A DNA stretch of 64,000 bases from Eledone cirrhosa. Lineage: Eukaryota. Positions within the stretch are counted from its first letter, which is position 1, and every line of letters begins with the position of its first letter. Shown here one piece after another: positions 11,981-20,100 of the stretch. The notes beneath the pieces are model-generated. The model saw nothing but the letters and a program-made list of their open reading frames with translations. It was not told where the DNA came from and did no database searches. The DNA is taken from positions 806,001-870,000 of the forward strand of contig OZ024741.1 of assembly GCA_964016885.1 (NCBI GenBank), read 5' to 3'. The position numbers were made by a program, and so were the translations under genes.

Positions 11981-12830
11981 TCATCTTCATGATCATACGT
12001 TCGCTTTCAAGTGTGGGACATGTACTATTGAGCACCACCTCTCTCGGCTTATACCAGTCGTTGGTCACCTCGTTGGTGATCGTTAGGTCTGTTTTTCCTA
12101 GTCTTCCTTCTACTGGAATTACTTGGCACTTGTTTACCCAGCAAACCATCTTATTCTTCTCTCCTGCACACAACTAGTACCCATTTTCTCTCTCAACTCA
12201 TCTCTGCTCGGTCGTCGACGCACATCCAACGGAGCATGCTTCCTTCATTTCTTTGCCAGCCTTGGCATATTGTCTGCAATTGCTGGCCATGTCTCACTTC
12301 TTCCAACCCATCCTTATTGTAGATATTCTGGCCTCGTAGTAGCCTCCTCTCTTTCTAATCTGCTCATCTATGTAGCGGAAGGTACGAACCACTTGTATAG
12401 AACCCACCTTCATTTGAAAACTGTTTCTATCACTGTCACTTCTACTGTGAAATTTCTCTGTACAGGTAGTTTTCACTACCTGTTTGCTTGCTATCCCACT
12501 ACATATGTTGAGTACCCCAGATGTGCATTGCGTATATTTTATAGAATTTATCCCAGCTCCTTTTCAACATAGGGAGCATGTCCTCTTTTCTATGTTTTTA
12601 TTCTGTCCTCTTGCTTCCAACTGTTTCCATAGACAGCATTTCTTCTTTAGCTTGTTTACTGATTCTGCTATAAGAACCAGATCGTCATGGACAGCCAGTT
12701 TTAAACGCATCTGTTACTGACAGTACCTCCACAAAGCGTACACTGCCCTCACAAGACATTCCGCAACACCTAGTTTGGTTAGGCACCACCAGATGACAGA
12801 TCATGGTACCCTACCAAAGGAGTTATCTGT
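11981..12830 (-). mobile_element. Decayed RTE-clade LINE fragment B, copy 3
   Basis: ORF 12294-12476 ..IQVVRTFRY..GGYYEARISTIRMGWKK matches the RTE post-RT region. Confidence 0.85.
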
Positions 12831-13341
12831 CAAAAAAATTAATTGCTAAGATGGATTACATTGCCACCGGTTATATTTCCTAAGACTCTTTTGATTAAAA
12901 AGCTTAATTTTTTATTTCTTTTTACTATTAGTTGTAGCTCTTATAAGTTTAGCTAGATTGCCAGCGTTGAAATAGTTGCGCTTCAGTTGTGATGTATGTG
13001 TTGCAAGTTCCGGCTGTAAGTCGTGGGGGTGTAGTATATTGTCATGAATGTGTACATATGATGTCTATGTATGTATACACGTACACATGTTGTATACACT
13101 ATACACATGTGTATAGTGTTTTTGTGTTTATACGTCTACAAATGTATATGCAATATTTCAATTAGCAAAGGGAATTTACTCTTGGATATTTTAATAAAAT
13201 TACGAGTTGTTTCCCCTCTTAGCAGGAAATTTAGTTTGATAAAACTGAATTGTCAAGGCTGGTTGTCTCGGTCAATTTTAAAGCGTCTGTTGAAGACTAG
13301 ACATCGAAATTACGATATCCATGCATGGATGTGTGTACTTG

Positions 13342-13668
13342 TATATGTTGTCAAGTAGCTGGCGTGTGAGAATATGTAGATAATCAAAATATATGAACAC
13401 TCGCTATATTATCTCGCACTTTTATGGTTTTTGCAATATAAGAATAGGAAACGAAGAAAAACTAATTCACTGAATACTGTGTGATGCAGGCAAAAGATGT
13501 TGAAATTGTGCCGAATTAAGATTGAAAATTTGACCGATGTGGAGCAGCTGTGGAAAATGTGCATGATGTAGTGAAGAATGCAGTGGGTAGAAAAGACATC
13601 CCCGAAAATAAACATAGAAAGAGTAGTTGCGGATTGTTCCAGTGAAAATCAATGAAGTACAAGCATAA
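13342..13668 (+). pseudogene. Unknown decayed ORF, paralog B, copy 3 (start disrupted by microinversion)
   Basis: Copy of 3566-3897; the ATG region is inverted at 13315-13346. Confidence 0.35.
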
Positions 13669-13989
13669 CAGACAAGAGAGAGAAGAATGCAGGCCCAGCA
13701 GTTTGAGTTAGCTGCCAAGCAGATGCCAATAGAATATAAAATATTAGGGAATCAGATAGTTTATCGATTCCCTGTTTTATTGCAAAAGTAAATTGTTGAA
13801 AGTGCGAGACAATATAGTGTTTGTTTGTGATTAAAAATATTATCATTGGGTAAGATGTGCTTCTAAACACTACATGTAAACATGTAGAACACAGACAGTC
13901 ACAAAGACCTTCAATACTAAATTTTAAAAACAAATGGTTATTTAATTTCTATAATTAATTGATAATCGGTGGCCATGTAATCCATCTTA

Positions 13990-14632
13990 TCTATATATAA
14001 AACTGAAGATGTCCGAGTTCGAATCGCTAAAGCTTGTGAACCACCCAACGGACTATTTTCAAACTTTACACATGTAATACTTATGTTTCAGAGATTGTTC
14101 TGATCACCCCCCCCCCCAAAAAAAAAAGATTTCAACTTTTCTAAGCCCACAGGGACGACATTAGCGGTTTAGCGATCTCACTCTATAATTCTTAGTCTCT
14201 TTTTCGATAGACGTACTTACAACGCCGCGCCCTTATTATATCTGTATGTCTGACTGTCTGCATTACGTCACTTCCTTTAGGTTGTGTGTTTGAATCACTT
14301 AAACTCGAAGTACCCAACCGATATTTTTTCAAACTTTAAATGCGTATTACTTATGCTTAAGCTAGTGTTATGCAAATTAAAAATTTCAACTTTTTTTATT
14401 ATCTCCTGGGGCCCGCATTAGATGAAAAACTTTTTTTTATCTTAGGACTTTTTGTAGCCGTTACGTCTAGCCGATTTTCGCTAAATTTCAAGGCATATGA
14501 TGGTCATAAAAATAAAATCATTTTCTTGATCCCCTAGGGCCCGCATTAGGTGAAAACCTGCCTTTTTCTTGCTTCATCCATCGGAGTATTCCAAAATACT
14601 TTATATGGTGCAAGGCCAGGTACCACTGCTAG
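13990..14632 (+). mobile_element. Non-autonomous Helitron (~640 bp)
   Basis: Starts A|TCTATATATAAAACT and ends ..GCAAGGCCAGGTACCACTGCTAG|T: TC and CTAG termini, inserted between A and T, no TSD. Internal duplicated modules at 14015-14090 vs 14285-14356 and 14406-14430 vs 14534-14558. Removing it restores colinearity with segment X (empty site at ~3115). The 3' hairpin is degenerate. Confidence 0.85.
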
Positions 14633-14676
14633 TATATTATAGATTTCATGAAACTCGTTTATTTATAAACGTTTAT

Positions 14677-15075
14677 TTAAATCTTTTTTACCATAACGTC
14701 ATTTCGACTATAGATCTGATAAGTTGAGCTAGATTGCCAGCGTCGAAATAGTTTCGCTTTAGTTAGGATGTAGGTGTTAAAAGGGCCGGATGTGAGCCTT
14801 GGGTGTAGTCTATTTTCACACATACGTAGATATATACATGTGTATATATATCTAAACACGTGTATGAAAGTATGTAACCCTGTAACATTGAGCTTTCCGA
14901 TAACCCTTTGTAAATATGCAATGTCGGTTTGATAAGCACGACAAAGAATTGAAGATACTAGGCAGATTAACATGTTAGTTGAACGACCGTTGACTTGAAT
15001 TGCGCGTGAAAATACGTGGGTGCAGTTGGTGGGGCTGACGATTTTAAGTTTGTTTTTGTCTTGTTGAATAATCAT
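14677..15075 (-). CDS. Orphan 132-aa ORF, possibly the least decayed member of the segment X family
   Basis: ATG in CACGCCATG context, open for 132 codons in AT-rich DNA; the 3' part is homologous to segment X copies. No recognisable domain. Confidence 0.2.
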   Translation of the reverse strand: MIIQQDKNKLKIVSPTNCTHVFSRAIQVNGRSTNMLICLVSSILCRAYQTDIAYLQRVIGKLNVTGLHTFIHVFRYIYTCIYLRMCENRLHPRLTSGPFNTYILTKAKLFRRWQSSSTYQIYSRNDVMVKKI

Positions 15076-15289
15076 GGCGTGCTACTTTGTAGTACTTGTA
15101 TTGCAGGCCGTTGTTCCGGTGGTTAAGGTAAGTGGCGATGTTATTACTGTTTGGGTATTTTAAGTTTTCGTCTAGTTGGTTTGGGGTGGCGGTCGGATTG
15201 GTTTCAGATTAACGGTCTGTGTGTGGTTTACAGTTGTGATTAGTTTGTGTAAGAAGCGAGAAGAATGCCGTGATATATATTTATATTTT

Positions 15290-15710
15290 TAGAAAGGGAG
15301 AAACTGTATCTTAATCATTTTATCTGTAGAAACGTTCGAGATAGATTTTATTAAGGGGAAAGTTTTTGAGATAGGACAGTTAACAAATTAAGTTATCTCT
15401 GTTATTAGTTTGACGCATTTCTATTTCGAACTATAGACATATATATGTAAAATTATCCCAGACAATTAGAAATTTAATTTCCGCAAAATATATAATTCCA
15501 CGGGAGAGAATGTACTATCTAATCAAATGATTTCTCTCCTTTTAGTGCACTTTATATTTCTAAAGGGAGAGAAGTCTATTTAACAATATCTGTTATCTCC
15601 CCTTGATAGACTTTAATAATTATAATTTTTTAGAAAAATATATTTTATTCTGGAAAAAAGGTATTAGTAACAGTTTAATTTTGAAAAATAGTTGTCTCCC
15701 CTTGCTACAC
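15290..15710. repeat. Cluster of degenerate GGGAGA-N(~25)-TCTCCC dyads
   Basis: Examples: 15502-15540 GGGAGAGAA..TTCTCTCCT; 15564-15602 AGGGAGAGA..TTATCTCCCC; ~15368-15400 GAGATA..TATCTC; half-sites at ~15295 and ~15695. Confidence 0.55.
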
Positions 15711-16149
15711 TTTGACTATAATGTAATACATTATGTTGTGACATTACAGCTGTTTTTATCAAGTAATTTTAACGCCCGGAATTTATAATTTAGTTATTAA
15801 CTTAATATTAGCTCCCGAGAATCAACTGAAATAAGTTGTTTCCCCTTATTTGACTCAGTTTATTTTTATCTGGTCTTAACATAAGCTATCGCCGTTTTTA
15901 TAGTGCAGGAATTAGTTACAATGTCTAGGTATCTACACTTAATTTATTTAAATGTAAGGTTAATAAAATTTGCAAGGTAATTTTAATTAACATTATTTGA
16001 AATGGAATCTAGTTGGACAAATTTATTATCTGTCGAACTTAATTAATTGCGAGACGCCCTTTTCTGAACGCACAGCGACGGCATTAGGAAAAAACAGTCA
16101 ATTTTTACGGACAAATGTATAATTCAGTTTAAATTATATAGTATGTAAG

Positions 16150-16801
16150 TTGTAACATAATATCCCGCCGTTTTTCTGAGAAAACAAACTATAAAAACGG
16201 CGTGGATTTACGTTACATTATATATTATTTACTTTTAAGTAAGGTAGATAATATGGTTTATTAAATAAATAGGTTGTTTCCCTTGGCCGGACTTTAAGTA
16301 ACATAAATTTCCGCCGTTTTTATAGTGCTTCATAGTATAAAAAAATGCTGAAATTTCTGTTACACCGAAATAAATTAAAAGTATGGCCAAGGGAAACAAC
16401 CGATTTATTAAATAAACAATTTTATCTCCCTTATTTCAAACTAAAAACCAATTACATTATATACAATTCACTTTTATAAAATATAATTTAACGTAAATTG
16501 ACGCCGTTTTAGCAGTTCGTTTTCTTATATTATTTACGAACTCTTTCCTCAGTCTAATAGTAAGTAAACAAACTATAATAAAAACGGCGGTGATTTACGT
16601 AACATTATATCTAATTTTCTTATAAAATATTGTTAGTTGATTTATTTTTTGATTGAATTAAGGGAGATAACATTGTTTATTTAATAAAAAGGTTGTTTCC
16701 CTTGGCAGGCTTAAGTTTATTATATTTATTTCTGTGTAACATTAATATTCGCCGCTTTTATAGTGCTTCACACATTTAAAAAAAATACGTATTTACGTTA
16801 C
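16150..16801. repeat. Telomere-adjacent nested palindrome cassette (three ~170-230 bp modules in +,-,+ orientation)
   Basis: 16256-16288 matches the reverse complement of 16385-16417 at 31 of 33 positions by manual alignment. 16181-16345 is a direct repeat of 16562-16790. CGCCGTTTT and AAAACGGCG boxes occur on both strands. Confidence 0.9.
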
Positions 16802-16850
16802 AACGGGATATTTCCTCAGCTACCTAGGCTAGTTAATAGTCCCCCTTTAC

Positions 16851-17195
16851 TTGGGGTTGGGGTTTGGGTTGGGGTTGGGGTTGGGGTTGGGGTTCGGGGT
16901 TCGGGGTTGGGGTTGGGGTTCGGGGTTGGGGTTGGGGTTAGGGTTGGGGTTGGGGTTGGGGTTGGGGTTGGGGTTGGGGTTGGGGTTGGGGTTGGGGTTG
17001 GGGTTGGGGTTGGGGTTGGGGTTGGGGTTGGGGTTGGGGTTGGGGTTGGGGTTGGGGTTGGGGTTGGGGTTGGGGTTGGGGTTGGGGTTGGGGTTGGGGT
17101 TGGGGTTGGGGTTGGGGTTGGGGTTGGGGTTGGGGTTGGGGTTGGGGTTGGGGTTGGGGTTGGGGTTGGGGTTGGGGTTGGGGTTGGGGTTGGGG
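16851..17195 (+). repeat. Proximal telomere variant-repeat block (TTGGGG)n, ~57 units
   Basis: Read directly; the first ~95 bp include TTTGGG, three TTCGGGG and one TTAGGG, after which it is pure TTGGGG. Confidence 0.97.
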
Positions 17196-20100
17196 TTAGG
17201 GTTAGGGTTAGGGTTAGGGTTAGGGTTAGGGTTAGGGTTAGGGTTAGGGTTAGGGTTAGGGTTAGGGTTAGGGTTAGGGTTAGGGTTAGGGTTAGGGTTA
17301 GGGTTAGGGTTAGGGTTAGGGTTAGGGTTAGGGTTAGGGTTAGGGTTAGGGTTAGGGTTAGGGTTAGGGTTAGGGTTAGGGTTAGGGTTAGGGTTAGGGT
17401 TAGGGTTAGGGTTAGGGTTAGGGTTAGGGTTAGGGTTAGGGTTAGGGTTAGGGTTAGGGTTAGGGTTAGGGTTAGGGTTAGGGTTAGGGTTAGGGTTAGG
17501 GTTAGGGTTAGGGTTAGGGTTAGGGTTAGGGTTAGGGTTAGGGTTAGGGTTAGGGTTAGGGTTAGGGTTAGGGTTAGGGTTAGGGTTAGGGTTAGGGTTA
17601 GGGTTAGGGTTAGGGTTAGGGTTAGGGTTAGGGTTAGGGTTAGGGTTAGGGTTAGGGTTAGGGTTAGGGTTAGGGTTAGGGTTAGGGTTAGGGTTAGGGT
17701 TAGGGTTAGGGTTAGGGTTAGGGTTAGGGTTAGGGTTAGGGTTAGGGTTAGGGTTAGGGTTAGGGTTAGGGTTAGGGTTAGGGTTAGGGTTAGGGTTAGG
17801 GTTAGGGTTAGGGTTAGGGTTAGGGTTAGGGTTAGGGTTAGGGTTAGGGTTAGGGTTAGGGTTAGGGTTAGGGTTAGGGTTAGGGTTAGGGTTAGGGTTA
17901 GGGTTAGGGTTAGGGTTAGGGTTAGGGTTAGGGTTAGGGTTAGGGTTAGGGTTAGGGTTAGGGTTAGGGTTAGGGTTAGGGTTAGGGTTAGGGTTAGGGT
18001 TAGGGTTAGGGTTAGGGTTAGGGTTAGGGTTAGGGTTAGGGTTAGGGTTAGGGTTAGGGTTAGGGTTAGGGTTAGGGTTAGGGTTAGGGTTAGGGTTAGG
18101 GTTAGGGTTAGGGTTAGGGTTAGGGTTAGGGTTAGGGTTAGGGTTAGGGTTAGGGTTAGGGTTAGGGTTAGGGTTAGGGTTAGGGTTAGGGTTAGGGTTA
18201 GGGTTAGGGTTAGGGTTAGGGTTAGGGTTAGGGTTAGGGTTAGGGTTAGGGTTAGGGTTAGGGTTAGGGTTAGGGTTAGGGTTAGGGTTAGGGTTAGGGT
18301 TAGGGTTAGGGTTAGGGTTAGGGTTAGGGTTAGGGTTAGGGTTAGGGTTAGGGTTAGGGTTAGGGTTAGGGTTAGGGTTAGGGTTAGGGTTAGGGTTAGG
18401 GTTAGGGTTAGGTTAGGGTTAGGGTTAGGGTTAGGGTTAGGGTTAGGGTTAGGGTTAGGGTTAGGGTTAGGGTTAGGGTTAGGGTTAGGGTTAGGGTTAG
18501 GGTTAGGGTTAGGGTTAGGGTTAGGGTTAGGGTTAGGGTTAGGGTTAGGGTTAGGGTTAGGGTTAGGGTTAGGGTTAGGGTTAGGGTTAGGGTTAGGGTT
18601 AGGGTTAGGGTTAGGGGTTAGGGTTAGGGTTAGGGTTAGGGTTAGGGTTAGGGTTAGGTTAGGGGTTAGGGTTAGGGTTAGGGTTAGGGTTAGGGTTAGG
18701 GTTAGGGTTAGGGTTAGGGTTAGGGTTAGGGTTAGGGTTAGGGTTAGGGTTAGGGTTAGGGTTAGGGTTAGGGTTAGGGTTAGGGTTAGGGTTAGGGTTA
18801 GGGTTAGGGTTAGGGTTAGGGTTAGGGTTAGGGTTAGGGTTAGGGTTAGGGTTAGGGTTAGGGTTAGGGTTAGGGTTAGGGTTAGGGTTAGGGTTAGGGT
18901 TAGGGTTAGGGTTAGGGTTAGGGTTAGGGTTAGGGTTAGGGTTAGGGTTAGGGTTAGGTTAGGGTTAGGGTTAGGGTTAGGGTTAGGGTTAGGGTTAGGG
19001 TTAGGGTTAGGGTTAGGTTAGGGTTAGGGTTAGGGTTAGGGTTAGGGTTAGGGTTAGGGTTAGGGTTAGGGTTAGGGTTAGGGTTAGGGTTAGGGTTAGG
19101 GTTAGGGTTAGGTTAGGGTTAGGGTTAGGGTTAGGGTTAGGGTTAGGGTTAGGGTTAGGGTTAGGGTTAGGGTTAGGGTTAGGGTTAGGGTTAGGGTTAG
19201 GGTTAGGGTTAGGTTAGGGTTAGGGTTAGGGTTAGGGTTAGGGTTAGGGTTAGGGTTAGGGTTAGGGTTAGGGTTAGGGTTAGGGTTAGGGTTAGGGTTA
19301 GGGTTAGGGTTAGGGTTAGGGTTAGGGTTAGGGTTAGGGTTAGGGTTAGGGTTAGGGTTAGGGTTAGGGTTAGGGTTAGGGTTAGGGTTAGGGTTAGGGT
19401 TAGGGTTAGGGTTAGGGTTAGGGTTAGGGTTAGGGTTAGGGTTAGGGTTAGGGTTAGGGTTAGGGTTAGGGTTAGGGTTAGGGTTAGGGTTAGGGTTAGG
19501 GTTAGGGTTAGGGTTAGGGTTAGGGTTAGGGTTAGGGTTAGGGTTAGGGTTAGGGTTAGGGTTAGGGTTAGGGTTAGGGTTAGGGTTAGGGTTAGGGTTA
19601 GGTTAGGGTTAGGGTTAGGGTTAGGGTAGGGTTAGGGTTAGGGTTAGGGTTAGGGTTAGGGTTAGGGTTAGGGTTAGGGTTAGGGTTAGGGTTAGGGTTA
19701 GGGTTAGGGTTAGGTTAGGGTTAGGGTTAGGGTTAGGGTTAGGGTTAGGGTTAGGGTTAGGGTTAGGGTTAGGGTTAGGGTTAGGGTTAGGGTTAGGGTT
19801 AGGGTTAGGGTTAGGGTTAGGGTTAGGGTTAGGGTTAGGGTTAGGGTTAGGGTTAGGGTTAGGGTTAGGGTTAGGGTTAGGGTTAGGGTTAGGGTTAGGG
19901 TTAGGGTTAGGGTTAGGGTTAGGGTTAGGGTTAGGGTTAGGGTTAGGGTTAGGGTTAGGGTTAGGGTTAGGGTTAGGGTTAGGGTTAGGGTTAGGGTTAG
20001 GGTTAGGGTTAGGTTAGGGTTAGGGTTAGGGTTAGGGTTAGGGTTAGGGTTAGGGTTAGGGTTAGGGTTAGGGTTAGGGTTAGGGTTAGGGTTAGGGTTA

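Larger units (their letters stand above)
1..13830. repeat. Subtelomeric tandem segmental duplication, ~3 copies of a 4.3-5.3 kb unit (608-4950, 4951-10287, 10288-~13830, plus partial 1-607)
   Basis: Anchor sequences recur: A(C/T)ATCCGGTTTTAAA at 608, 4951 and 10288; the MVDEA..KRQAWKEWK ORF starts at 1546, 5999 and 11321; 1-607 is near-identical to 9678-10287 (identical 73-aa ORFs at 150 and 9827). Confidence 0.95.

Noticed and set aside
608-12830. Active telomere-maintaining retrotransposon
   Set aside because: All RT and endonuclease fragments have stops, frameshifts and deletions, none has an intact YADD, and none is inserted in the TTAGGG array.
150-13358. Short plus-strand ORFs repeated in each unit (e.g. 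MFLESSPV.., MIKRRGLR.., MLAIPLHM..)
   Set aside because: They are antisense shadows of LINE relics, and their recurrence reflects recent DNA duplication.
16150-16801. CRISPR-like repeat-spacer array
   Set aside because: The repeats alternate in orientation and type, spacer lengths vary widely, the context is eukaryotic, and there are no cas genes.
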